From NCBI GenBank assembly GCA_014729995.1, contig WJIZ01000044.1, positions 14,330 through 78,329 of the forward strand: 64,000 nucleotides of DNA, in the 5' to 3' direction. This DNA comes from Candidatus Woesearchaeota archaeon. GTDB lineage: Archaea; Nanobdellota; Nanobdellia; Woesearchaeales; WJIZ01. Every line of letters starts with the position of its first letter. The first letter of the stretch is position 1. Under the pieces are notes generated by a model that was not told where the DNA came from, searched no databases, and was given only the letters and a program-made list of their open reading frames with translations. Positions 9,924 to 18,529 of the stretch are shown in pieces. The translations under genes and the position numbers were made by a program.

Positions 9924-10679
9924 ATGGTTTTTGAAACTCTTCTCGATCCCATAATGAGCTCCTTGCTTGTTCTTCCTCCTCTTTTGGCAGTAGCAATCGT
10001 ATCGTTGGTTGTTTCTCTTATAATAACAATAATCTATAAGCTAACCACAAACCAGGATCTGATGAAGCAGCTCAAAAGCGAGATGAAAGAGTTTCAGAAA
10101 GAGATGAAAGAGCTTAAGGATCATCCTGAAGAGATGATGAAAGTCCAGAAAGAAGCCATGCAGACAAACATGAAATATATGATGCAATCATTCAAGTCAA
10201 CTATATTTACAATACTTCCCATTATCATAATCTTTTCCTGGATGAATGCAAACTTCGCTTACGAATCCATAAATCCCCATGAGCAGTTTGAAGTCATACT
10301 GAATTTTGACAAGGGTGCGTATGGGGATATTACAATAAATCCCCCTCAAGGAATACAGGTTGTGGGGGACAGCATCGAAGAGGTTATTGAGGGAAAAGCC
10401 AAATTCGCACTAAAGGGAGAGGAAGGCAGATACACAGAAGAAAATGCGCTGGAGTTCCTGTACAGCGACAAGAAAGCATATAAGGATGTTATAATCACAG
10501 ACGGAAAAAGATATGCAGAAAAAGAAAAAAGCGACGTCACGCCCCCGTTAAAAAGCATTGAAATAGATTATGAAAAAAAGAAGATTCTTCCTTTGCTGAA
10601 TTGGGGCTGGCTCGGAACATATATTTTATTCTCTATTCTGTTCAGTTCTGTATTGAGGAAGCTTCTCAAAGTCTATTAG
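9924..10679 (+). CDS. DUF106 / EMC3-TMCO1-like (archaeal YidC/Oxa1-type) membrane protein with an inserted ~115-aa soluble segment
   Basis: TM1, then a Met/Lys/Glu-rich coiled coil (KQLKSEMKEFQKEMKELKDHPEEMMKVQKEAMQTNMKYMM), then TM2 and a C-terminal TM. It occupies the conserved archaeal position downstream of secY. Confidence 0.7.
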   Translation: MVFETLLDPIMSSLLVLPPLLAVAIVSLVVSLIITIIYKLTTNQDLMKQLKSEMKEFQKEMKELKDHPEEMMKVQKEAMQTNMKYMMQSFKSTIFTILPIIIIFSWMNANFAYESINPHEQFEVILNFDKGAYGDITINPPQGIQVVGDSIEEVIEGKAKFALKGEEGRYTEENALEFLYSDKKAYKDVIITDGKRYAEKEKSDVTPPLKSIEIDYEKKKILPLLNWGWLGTYILFSILFSSVLRKLLKVY

Positions 10680-10714
10680 TAACTTTTATAAATTAAATAA
10701 CAATTCCGGATAAA

Positions 10715-10987
10715 ATGGTAAGGCGTGCATTAAGATCAAGGTCTTTTAGGAAAGTAAAAGTCAAGACACCAGGCAGAAGAATATTAACCCATTATAGGAA
10801 AAAGAAGCCCCGGCCCGCCCGTTGCGCCAGCTGCAGGGCTGTCTTAAAAGGAATTCCCAGGGAAAGGCCTAAGAAAATGATGAACATGCCAAAAACCGGG
10901 AAAAGGCCGGAGAGACCTTATGCTGGAGTATTATGCTCCAAGTGCACACGCACATTGATGAAACAAAAAGTGAAATCTCTTGAGTAA
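10715..10987 (+). CDS. rpl34e: 50S ribosomal protein eL34
   Basis: RSRSFRKVKVKTPGRRILTHYRKKKP..ARCASC is the eL34 signature. Confidence 0.9.
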   Translation: MVRRALRSRSFRKVKVKTPGRRILTHYRKKKPRPARCASCRAVLKGIPRERPKKMMNMPKTGKRPERPYAGVLCSKCTRTLMKQKVKSLE

Positions 10988-11025
10988 GCGGCAACGAACT
11001 CGCTAAAAGGGATTGGGGGAATAAA

Positions 11026-11454
11026 ATGTATGACATAGGAAGAATTTGTATAAAGGTTGCTGGCAGGGATGCTGGCAATGAAGCTGTTATTATTGATGTT
11101 CTTGACGATAAGTTCGTAATGGTAGATGGCAATGTAAGAAGAAGGAAATGCAATATAATGCATTTAGAGCCTTCTGAAAGGAAGATAGATATCAAGAAAG
11201 GCACTTCCCACGAAGCAATAAAAAAGGAGTTTGTCAGGATAGGGTTTCCGGTCTGGGAAACAAAGCCGAGAAAAACAGCTCAAAGGCCTAAGAAAACAAG
11301 AAAAAAGAAAAAAAAGCATTCAACAGACAAAAAGGCAGTAAAAAAAGAAAAAGATTCTAAAAGCGGGAAAAATACAGAAAAAGATTCTAAAAAAGAAAAT
11401 AAAAAAGAAAAAGGGCAGGCAGGAAATAAAGCAACACCTGAAAAAGCAGCTTAA
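11026..11454 (+). CDS. rpl14e: 50S ribosomal protein eL14 with Lys-rich C-terminal extension
   Basis: KOW-like GRICIKVAGRDAGNEAVIIDVLDDKFVMVDG. About 60 aa of K-rich tail with an internal EKDSK repeat. Confidence 0.85.
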   Translation: MYDIGRICIKVAGRDAGNEAVIIDVLDDKFVMVDGNVRRRKCNIMHLEPSERKIDIKKGTSHEAIKKEFVRIGFPVWETKPRKTAQRPKKTRKKKKKHSTDKKAVKKEKDSKSGKNTEKDSKKENKKEKGQAGNKATPEKAA

Positions 11455-11459
11455 GAATA

Positions 11460-11486
11460 AATACTGTTGAATTGGTCAACATTATT
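11460..11486 (+). terminator. Hairpin followed by a T-rich tract, downstream of rpl14e
   Basis: aatactgttga / tcaacattatt forms an 11-bp stem with one mismatch and a 5-nt loop. It starts 6 nt after the stop codon and is followed by ttctt. Confidence 0.3.
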
Positions 11487-11561
11487 TCTTAGAAATTTGC
11501 ATAATTATTGTATTCATTTGCAGGCTAAAACAGCAGTATTCTGCAAATTTGTAATAGGCCA

Positions 11562-11843
11562 TTATTTCTTCCCAACAATTGCCCCGACTATACTGCTCGT
11601 TAATGTTATCCAGATTATGCTTGTAAGAAAAACCTGCAATAGCACTGCCCATCCTTTAAGCCAGATAAGAACCATGCTTGCCCCCAGTCCCAGTGCTATA
11701 TTTATAGGAAGGATTTTTCTAAGTTTTGCTTTTAATGTATTGAATGCCTTATGCCTTTCCGCGCTCTTTAGTCTGTATTCCCTGATAATAGCTTCCTTAT
11801 AAAGCCGTAATTCGGTAGGCGTCATATACCTTCCTTTTTCCAT
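11562..11843 (-). CDS. Hypothetical small membrane protein (two predicted TM helices)
   Basis: Amphipathic N-terminus followed by two hydrophobic segments. GGGG precedes the ATG. Preferred over the overlapping + strand ORF 11467-11802, which reads as low-complexity hydrophobic sequence. Confidence 0.45.
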   Translation of the reverse strand: MEKGRYMTPTELRLYKEAIIREYRLKSAERHKAFNTLKAKLRKILPINIALGLGASMVLIWLKGWAVLLQVFLTSIIWITLTSSIVGAIVGKK

Positions 11844-11881
11844 GCCCCAATAATAGAATTAATAATTTTTAAATGTAATGT

Positions 11882-12301
11882 TTAAGAAAGCAGTTTAAGA
11901 TATTCCTCTCTTTCCGGATTTCCGCGTTTCGGTATCATAAGAAACCAGTCATGTATCCTTGCTTTCATCTCCTTCTGGATATCTAATTTATATGCAGGAG
12001 CGTCTCCGGTGTCTTGCGCATAGCTAATATTTTCTTTCTTATAATTATCCTCATTTATATATGTCTCTTTAATGTCCGATTCTCCCTCTCTTTCAGTCTT
12101 CCCCTGCTCTGTATCGAATCCCCCCATGGATTGTTTTATTTCCCCTAAATGACCCTCTTCAGGCTCAAGCTCAACAGCAATATTTTCTTTAACTAGCTCT
12201 TCATCTAGCTTAATCTTCCTGTTTTTGACCTTTATCCTGTTCTTCTTAATTTTTCTCTCCTTCATCCACAACTGCATAGCAATCTGCTTTATCGGTACCA
12301 T
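11882..12301 (-). CDS. Hypothetical protein (basic N-terminus, acidic centre)
   Basis: 139-aa ORF with no recognisable motif. Divergent from the Lrp-like regulator and co-directional with the 93-aa membrane ORF. Confidence 0.45.
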   Translation of the reverse strand: MVPIKQIAMQLWMKERKIKKNRIKVKNRKIKLDEELVKENIAVELEPEEGHLGEIKQSMGGFDTEQGKTEREGESDIKETYINEDNYKKENISYAQDTGDAPAYKLDIQKEMKARIHDWFLMIPKRGNPEREEYLKLLS

Positions 12302-12387
12302 TACATCAGCCTTGTATGAAGTTAATTGTACTCTTTATAAAGATTTCGTTTAATAAGAAAACTTTTTATTAAATATAGTTTCAAAAT

Positions 12388-12408
12388 AAAAAGTTTTATA
12401 TATAAATA
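12388..12408 (+). promoter_or_regulatory. Putative archaeal BRE/TATA box for the Lrp-like gene (probably a leaderless mRNA)
   Basis: aaaaagttttatatataaat is centred about 27 nt upstream of the ATG at 12427. There is no SD between it and the start. Confidence 0.35.
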
Positions 12409-12426
12409 AAAATAATTAGTTTCTAT

Positions 12427-12969
12427 ATGAAACTAAACAATAACGAAAAGAAATTATTGGGATTAATTGTTAATTCCCCGAAAATAAGCAATACTGAACT
12501 CTCTAAACATCTAAAGGTTACTGCCCAAGGCATAGGGAAGATAAAGAAGAACCTTATAAATAAAGGGATGATAAACAGATACGAAACCATATTAGACTAT
12601 GAAAAGATAGGAATCAGATTTTTTGTTTTTGCTCTGGTAAAGATAATGCCCAAGGCATTCAGGAAATACACCGAAGACATTAAGAAGATCTTCGCAGACC
12701 CTCATATAATAACTCTCATAAATATTCCGCAAACTAGCATTACAAATATCATTCTATTTGGTTTTCGTGATGTTAATGAATATGACAATTACTTTAAGTT
12801 CCTGCAGTCCAAGCTTCCGGGATTGATAGAGATAAAGGAGTCTTATGTTTTCTCTAACGACAGTTTTGTCAAGAACACCGCTTCTGGTTTATTTATCAAG
12901 ATGATAAAAGAGTTCGGCCAGAAAGAAGTGAAGTCTCCCTCCCCCCCGATGATAGAGCAGAATAAGTGA
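12427..12969 (+). CDS. Lrp/AsnC-family transcriptional regulator (wHTH plus RAM-like domain)
   Basis: N-terminal EKKLLGLIVNSPKISNTELSKHLKVTAQGIGKIKKNLINKGMI, then YEKIGIRFFVFALVKI and a beta-alpha-beta-like C-terminal half. Confidence 0.7.
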   Translation: MKLNNNEKKLLGLIVNSPKISNTELSKHLKVTAQGIGKIKKNLINKGMINRYETILDYEKIGIRFFVFALVKIMPKAFRKYTEDIKKIFADPHIITLINIPQTSITNIILFGFRDVNEYDNYFKFLQSKLPGLIEIKESYVFSNDSFVKNTASGLFIKMIKEFGQKEVKSPSPPMIEQNK

Positions 12970-13020
12970 TAGGTGAAAACTGAAAACCAAAATCTCCTGT
13001 TTGTACTCGCCAATATAAAT

Positions 13021-13052
13021 CATTCAATCAATAAAACCATTCAATCAATAAA
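13021..13052. repeat. Perfect 15-nt direct repeat (cattcaatcaataaa x2, period 17) straddling the pheT stop codon
   Basis: Copies at 13021-13035 and 13038-13052. The second contains the pheT stop (tca at 13041-13043 on the + strand). Confidence 0.8.
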
Positions 13053-14684
13053 TAGCTCGCTTAAATTCAGTTCAAAGGCAGCAGCAGGCATATCCAGCTC
13101 CCAATTAGAAAGCACAACAGGGTTTATCTCGCCGATATACGCAACTTTCTTATGCCCAACTAAAACTCTTCCTGCCCTTCCTGGAATAAAACTATCATGC
13201 GAAGCAGCTTCCATACTGTATTCTTTCCCGATCATCCTGAATAGGTAATCAAGCACTTGCTTGATTCTTGTATAATCCGCATCATCAGAGCAAAGTACAC
13301 AAGCCAGCCTTTCCTGCTCTAAAATTTTGGTCTCCTGCCTTTCATCTTTCTTAAAAACTCTGCCTATAGAAAAAACATTTTGCGGGTATTCGTGATGCTT
13401 ATTATTCTGCAGTGCCTCCATCAATAAGGGAATATTCCATGCAGCAAGTACACTATACTCCTGATTCAGAGCATTGGCCAGCTCAATTAATGGTATAGTG
13501 CAGTTCATCCTGTCGCTTTGGAATTCCTTGTTTGTGATAGTAAAGGTTTTGCATTCAATCAGGCCTAAACCAGCTAAAATTTCGCTTGTCTTCCTCTTGA
13601 AGACCTCAAACTTGTTCTCTTCTGCCACTGTTGCTACATCAGACATTTCCTCATCAATATTCTCATATCCATAGGCTATAGCAATATCCTCAACCAAATC
13701 AATCTGATGAAGAACATCTGCACGATAAGCAGGAACTAAAGCCCTGCCTTTCACATATCCATACCCCATCCTTGCAAGCAGCTTTTTTACATCCTTCTCT
13801 TTCAGGCTCAATCCAAGCCTCTTATTGATATAATCCAGATTTATTTTCATCTCCTTGGGCTTAAGAACAGGGCTAACAACTTTTTTCCCGTAGAGATCAA
13901 TCTCCATGGAATATATCTCTCCACCCATATCTGCTAATGCAGTGACTATCATATTAAGGCATTTAGCCAGCACTTCATAATCAAAGCCAGAGCATTCGAT
14001 AAACACATCTTTGGTATCATTGCTTATCTTACCTATATCATGGGAATTGATTATCGGGGGCATCGATAGTATCTTGTTGTTTGCATCAATAAAAATAGGA
14101 AACCTCTCCGCGCCTTCAAGAAGATGGCCGTAATTCCTGCCTGTTGGATGCTGTGAAAGTATCTGCAAGCCATTTAGTTTACGACTAGACTCAAGGGGCC
14201 TAAACTCTATTTTCCTTGGGTTCATGCCGATAAATCTTATCGGGGTCTTGATCTTTTCGAATGGGTAGATTCCTATGGCGACTTTCTTCCTGTTTCTTCC
14301 ATAAGTAACATGCAGTTTCTCCTGTATCTGTATAACTTCCTTAATCTTTTCCTCGTTAAACTTAAGGCCTTTCACGACGGCACATGATGTATATGGCCTC
14401 ACCTTCTTAACAGATTCTTCAGCTATTACTTTATCGGGACCTTTCTTAACATCGTACTTTCTCAGGCCCGTATTAATCCCAATAAATGAGCTTAATGCCC
14501 TGGCAAATCCCTGCTCAGAAAGCAGGTCAGGCCTGTTAGGCTCTATCTCCACCTGCACCTCCTCTTTACTCAATGCTTCGATGCTTGCGCCCAGATAAGG
14601 CACCCTGTCCTTTAATTTTGCATCAGTCAGCTTCTGGCCCACTAATTTCTCCATTGTTTTCCTGTTCAATGTTACAGTTGGCAT
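13041..14684 (-). CDS. pheT: Phenylalanine--tRNA ligase beta subunit (archaeal type)
   Basis: MPTVTLNRKTMEKLVGQKL...EIEPNRPDLLS is the B3/4-type N-terminus. 547 aa, typical of archaeal PheT. Confidence 0.95.
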   Translation of the reverse strand: MPTVTLNRKTMEKLVGQKLTDAKLKDRVPYLGASIEALSKEEVQVEIEPNRPDLLSEQGFARALSSFIGINTGLRKYDVKKGPDKVIAEESVKKVRPYTSCAVVKGLKFNEEKIKEVIQIQEKLHVTYGRNRKKVAIGIYPFEKIKTPIRFIGMNPRKIEFRPLESSRKLNGLQILSQHPTGRNYGHLLEGAERFPIFIDANNKILSMPPIINSHDIGKISNDTKDVFIECSGFDYEVLAKCLNMIVTALADMGGEIYSMEIDLYGKKVVSPVLKPKEMKINLDYINKRLGLSLKEKDVKKLLARMGYGYVKGRALVPAYRADVLHQIDLVEDIAIAYGYENIDEEMSDVATVAEENKFEVFKRKTSEILAGLGLIECKTFTITNKEFQSDRMNCTIPLIELANALNQEYSVLAAWNIPLLMEALQNNKHHEYPQNVFSIGRVFKKDERQETKILEQERLACVLCSDDADYTRIKQVLDYLFRMIGKEYSMEAASHDSFIPGRAGRVLVGHKKVAYIGEINPVVLSNWELDMPAAAFELNLSELFID

Positions 14685-15289
14685 TAATATCCTAGCTCCT
14701 CATTAACTATTATGACATGTATTCTATCAGGTATATTTTGGAACTGAACAACAGACAGGATATTGCATATCCTGTCGGGGCTGCGGCAGTCAACGCATTC
14801 TCCTTTCTCTGCACAGGGCGTGCCTTTGCCAAGCCTCTTGGTGTTCTTGGGAGAGGCAACTCTGGCTATTCTTTGCACCGCAGCATCTAAATCCTTAACA
14901 ATCTTATTCCTTCCAGCAACTATTATAACTTTCTCCGGACCGTAATTTATTCCATTTACTCTGTTGCCCCAGCCATCCATATTTACTATCTTCCCGTCTT
15001 CTGTAAGCGCATTGCTTCCCGAGAGAAATATCCCCTTATTGGCATAATTCTTCATGACCCAATGCTTCATATAAAGGTTGGGCTTTGCTAAGTCTCTGTC
15101 TATCAGTTTATATCCCCCCTTTCTCAATTCATCTAGAAGCCCTGTTTCCCTCAGAGTAACAGAGCCGGCAAAACTTATCTGCATGTCTTTATCTATCAAG
15201 CTAAGCGCTTTCTCTCTGGCTTCCTCCCTGTCCTTAACAAAATAGCCATTCATGTTTCTTGATTTTAGTGCAGCTATCACTTTATCCAT
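14684..15289 (-). CDS. LUD-domain (DUF162, LutC/YkgG-like) protein with a C-terminal Cys cluster
   Basis: LSGSNALTEDGKIVNMDGWGNRVNGINYGPEKVIIVAGRNKIV...TPCAEKGECVDCRSPDRIC. Its stop overlaps the pheT start (TAATG), and its start is 1 nt after the pheS stop. Confidence 0.8.
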   Translation of the reverse strand: MDKVIAALKSRNMNGYFVKDREEAREKALSLIDKDMQISFAGSVTLRETGLLDELRKGGYKLIDRDLAKPNLYMKHWVMKNYANKGIFLSGSNALTEDGKIVNMDGWGNRVNGINYGPEKVIIVAGRNKIVKDLDAAVQRIARVASPKNTKRLGKGTPCAEKGECVDCRSPDRICNILSVVQFQNIPDRIHVIIVNEELGY

Positions 15290-15290
15290 T

Positions 15291-16820
15291 CTATCCCATC
15301 CAAAAATTCATCCTGCGGATTTGCTTAAGGTCATTCCTGTACAGGTCCCTTAAGTCCTTGAGTTTCCAGTAATCCATGATTATCCTCCCCATGCCTTGTC
15401 CCCATGCAAGTATCGGGCATTCAAATCCAAGCAGGGGTTTCGTAACTTCGGGCCTGAATATGCCGCTACCTCCTAGCTCAATCCATTCCTTTTTCACTGG
15501 GTTATACACTTCTATCTCCATCGAAGGCTCTGTATAAGGAAAATGGCTGGGTTTCATCCGTACATCTGTATAGCCCATCTTAAGGTAGAATTCCTTAAGA
15601 TAGCCCTTTAAGTGCTTCAGATTAGCATCAGTGTCTACAACAATGCCCTCCACCTGGTAAAATTCAAAAAGATGCTTCCAGTCCAGTGCTTCATTCCTGA
15701 ATACCTTTCCCACCGAAAAAAACTTAGAAGGCAGTTTGTCTTTGCGGAGCTGGGCAATTGTCCGTGCACTTAAGACTGTTGTATGCGTGCGAAGAAGGTT
15801 CTCCTTCGCAAGTTCAGCATCCCATCTGCCTCCCCAGCCTGTGCTGCCTGTATTTCCGCCATTCTCATGCACTTTCTTTATCTTAGCAGCCAGCTTAGGC
15901 AGTCTTCCCTTTTCAGGATTCTTAATATAGAAAGTATCCTGCATCTGTCTTGCCGGATGGTCCTGAGGAACAAACAGGCAGTCTAAGTCCCAAAAACTGG
16001 TCTGCACCAAATCGCCGCTCATCTCCTTAAAGCCCATATCCAGCCATATCCTCTTTATATAATCAATAGCCTGGTTCACAAAATGCCTTTTCCCTCCGTA
16101 TATTCTCGGCACGTTGATGCTAACATCATAACTGCGGAATTCTTTGCCTTTCCAATTGCCCTTCCTCAGCATAGAAGCGCTTAATCTATCAATAATCTTA
16201 TTATCAGATATTCTTGTCTTGATAAGTATCCTGCCTAATTCAGTTAAAGAGATATTCTTAATTTTCTCCTTATTCAGTTCCACAATATCCTTTCTTTTCC
16301 TGAGATTTGCAAAAGCAAATTTCTCTTCATCCTCCAGTTCATCCATATAAACAGGAAAATCCTTTTTCAGGAACTTCTCTTCAAGTGTTTCTTTAGTGAG
16401 CAGGTTTTTTCCCTGCTCAGTTATGGAAAAAACCATATCTTTATCCTTCCTTATGTCGATAGCAGCCTTTCCTTTCAGCGTTCCTATACAGATATTCACT
16501 TCACCTTTCTCAAGGCCTGCTTTATTAATAATCTCGGGCAGGGCAAGAGGCTGATTTTTAATGGCATTCAGGAAGCTTCTCTCAGGCAGTCCTTTTTCTC
16601 TGTATAGCTTGCCGTTCCCGCCCAGTTCTATCATGTCCTTCTCTTCCTCCTCAATAGAAAGCATTTTCTTATTGGAAAGCCACTGTAAAGCCCGCATTAC
16701 TTCAACTTCCTTCATGCCGGTCTTGCCGACTAATTCCTTAAAGGTTGCAGCCTTATCCAGAAATGGGACTATCTTTCTCTCCAGCGGATGAAGGTTCTTT
16801 GCAGTTTCCTTTATGTTCAT
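15291..16820 (-). CDS. pheS: Phenylalanine--tRNA ligase alpha subunit
   Basis: Class II core (HPARQMQDTFY, FRNEALDWKHLFEFYQVEG, GGSGIFRPEV) with a long archaeal/eukaryotic-type winged-helix N-terminus. Confidence 0.95.
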   Translation of the reverse strand: MNIKETAKNLHPLERKIVPFLDKAATFKELVGKTGMKEVEVMRALQWLSNKKMLSIEEEEKDMIELGGNGKLYREKGLPERSFLNAIKNQPLALPEIINKAGLEKGEVNICIGTLKGKAAIDIRKDKDMVFSITEQGKNLLTKETLEEKFLKKDFPVYMDELEDEEKFAFANLRKRKDIVELNKEKIKNISLTELGRILIKTRISDNKIIDRLSASMLRKGNWKGKEFRSYDVSINVPRIYGGKRHFVNQAIDYIKRIWLDMGFKEMSGDLVQTSFWDLDCLFVPQDHPARQMQDTFYIKNPEKGRLPKLAAKIKKVHENGGNTGSTGWGGRWDAELAKENLLRTHTTVLSARTIAQLRKDKLPSKFFSVGKVFRNEALDWKHLFEFYQVEGIVVDTDANLKHLKGYLKEFYLKMGYTDVRMKPSHFPYTEPSMEIEVYNPVKKEWIELGGSGIFRPEVTKPLLGFECPILAWGQGMGRIIMDYWKLKDLRDLYRNDLKQIRRMNFWMG

Positions 16821-16859
16821 TTTTCCTTGTTATACTCTTATTTTTCAGCTAATTTATAT

Positions 16860-17669
16860 TCAATATTCTCTCGGATAACTCCCGAGTATCTGGATAAAAA
16901 AGTTTTTCTCTATAGCTTTAAGGGCCGCCTTGACTTCTTTATCATCCTTGTGTCCCTGCAGGTCTATAAAAAATATATAGTCTCCCAGCCGTCCCTTTGA
17001 AGGCCTCGATTCTATCTTCGTCAGGTTAATTTTCCTCCTGGCAAATTCTCCTATAAGCTGGTAAAGCAGTCCCGGCTTGTCCATATGCGGATATATCGAT
17101 ATGCTGGTGCGGTCATTTCCTGTTTTTTTAGCGCACTCCATATCAATAACCGCAAACCTGGTTACATTAAACCTGTTATCCTGTATATCTCTAGCCAGAC
17201 ATTTCAGCTTATATTTTTTCATTGCCGGATTAGGGACTATAGCGCCCGCCCCCTTTCTCTTGGCTTTGCTTAATTTCTCGGCAGAGACAGCATTGCTCGA
17301 TGTGGGGATAAACTCTATCTCATTTAGCTTATCCCTGATGAATTTTTCACATTGGGCAAATGTCTGCGGATGTGAATAAAGAAACTTAAGTTCATTTATC
17401 TTTGAATTGCCTGCAAGATTATGCTTTACAGGAATAATTATCTCTTTTATAATCTTCAGGCCAAAATGCATCAGGGAATCCAATGTTAGCCCGATAGTGC
17501 CTGACACAGAATTCTCCAAAGGAACAATTCCCTTGTCTACCTCATTGTTTTTTACAGCATCAAAAACATCCCATATTGTGTATTTAAATATAATTTCGGC
17601 TTCATTATCATACTTCAATACTGCTTCATGGCTGAAAGTCCCTTCAGGCCCCAAAGTGGCTATTCTCAT
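16860..17669 (-). CDS. pheA: Prephenate dehydratase (PDT plus ACT domains, no chorismate mutase domain)
   Basis: MRIATLGPEGTFSHEA, and an ACT region with TKIESRPSKGRLGDYIFFIDLQGH. Confidence 0.9.
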   Translation of the reverse strand: MRIATLGPEGTFSHEAVLKYDNEAEIIFKYTIWDVFDAVKNNEVDKGIVPLENSVSGTIGLTLDSLMHFGLKIIKEIIIPVKHNLAGNSKINELKFLYSHPQTFAQCEKFIRDKLNEIEFIPTSSNAVSAEKLSKAKRKGAGAIVPNPAMKKYKLKCLARDIQDNRFNVTRFAVIDMECAKKTGNDRTSISIYPHMDKPGLLYQLIGEFARRKINLTKIESRPSKGRLGDYIFFIDLQGHKDDKEVKAALKAIEKNFFIQILGSYPREY

Positions 17670-18529
17670 TTCAATATCTCTCCTTTCTTTCTTTTCTTGT
17701 GTACAAGCTTTTGTATCAGGTAATTGCTGTATTCCTCCGCTTCTTTCTTGAAATCGCCAAGATAATCCGCTGCTTCATTGAAATATTTGACAAATTCATT
17801 TAAATCTTTTCTATCTATTATATTGTACAGCCTATTACATGTTTTTAAGTATGCCTTTAAAGCTTTTGTTGTTTGGGGATTGGATATCTCGATATTTCCA
17901 TATAACTGGCCATCCTGGTTCAGTATCCTCCCTACCATATCCATCCTCAGCTTGTATACCGGGCTGGAAAACTCCTGGCATTCAGCAATATCAATATCCA
18001 GTTCCTTTAAGACATGGCTTATTGTTATAGAGCTGAAATGTATAACTCCCTGTATCACTGACATCATCTTGTCATGGTATTCCGGAGTAGTCACTTTTAA
18101 TTTTGCCCCTGCTTGCAAAAAAATTTTTTCAATACGTTTTAACCAGCTTGAGCCTCTTGCAGGGCATAATATAACGGTCTGGTTCATCAGACTGTCAACT
18201 CCCGGCCCAAACATAGGATGGGCCCCGACCACCTCGCATTGCGAATATTTTAACATGGCATCCACAGGCTCTTTTTTGACAGAAGTGAAATCCATAAGAA
18301 GCCCGCCTCTTTTCATCAATGGAGCAGTTTTCTTTATCACATCAATGGCGGCATCAATAGGCACAGATATAATAACCACATCACTCTGCCTGGCACAATC
18401 CTCAATACTCAGCTCTGTTTTTCTGCTTGCTATCAGGACATCATAGCCTCTGCTCGTAAAAAATCTCTCAAACCATCTTCCCATCAGCCCTGTGCCGCCG
18501 ATTATCCCCACTATAAGGTCAGGATTCAT
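17666..18529 (-). CDS. tyrA: Prephenate dehydrogenase
   Basis: IIGGTGLMGRWF Rossmann motif and HPMFGP. 4-nt overlap with pheA. Confidence 0.85.
   Translation of the reverse strand: MNPDLIVGIIGGTGLMGRWFERFFTSRGYDVLIASRKTELSIEDCARQSDVVIISVPIDAAIDVIKKTAPLMKRGGLLMDFTSVKKEPVDAMLKYSQCEVVGAHPMFGPGVDSLMNQTVILCPARGSSWLKRIEKIFLQAGAKLKVTTPEYHDKMMSVIQGVIHFSSITISHVLKELDIDIAECQEFSSPVYKLRMDMVGRILNQDGQLYGNIEISNPQTTKALKAYLKTCNRLYNIIDRKDLNEFVKYFNEAADYLGDFKKEAEEYSNYLIQKLVHKKRKKGEILK

Noticed and set aside
11263-11454. A/G-rich repetitive DNA (also 5648-5812 and 56-271), examined as possible tandem repeats or a CRISPR-like array
   Set aside because: These stretches are in frame within r-protein genes and encode K/E-rich tails. 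There is no regular repeat-spacer periodicity.
11467-11802. 111-aa ORF on the + strand downstream of rpl14e
   Set aside because: It starts with a non-ATG codon and overlaps the more protein-like minus-strand ORF 11562-11843. Neither is certain, and the minus-strand call is only weakly preferred.
17778-18446. 222-aa ORF on the + strand
   Set aside because: Antisense to the prephenate dehydrogenase gene. Hydrophobic, Ser-rich shadow-frame composition.
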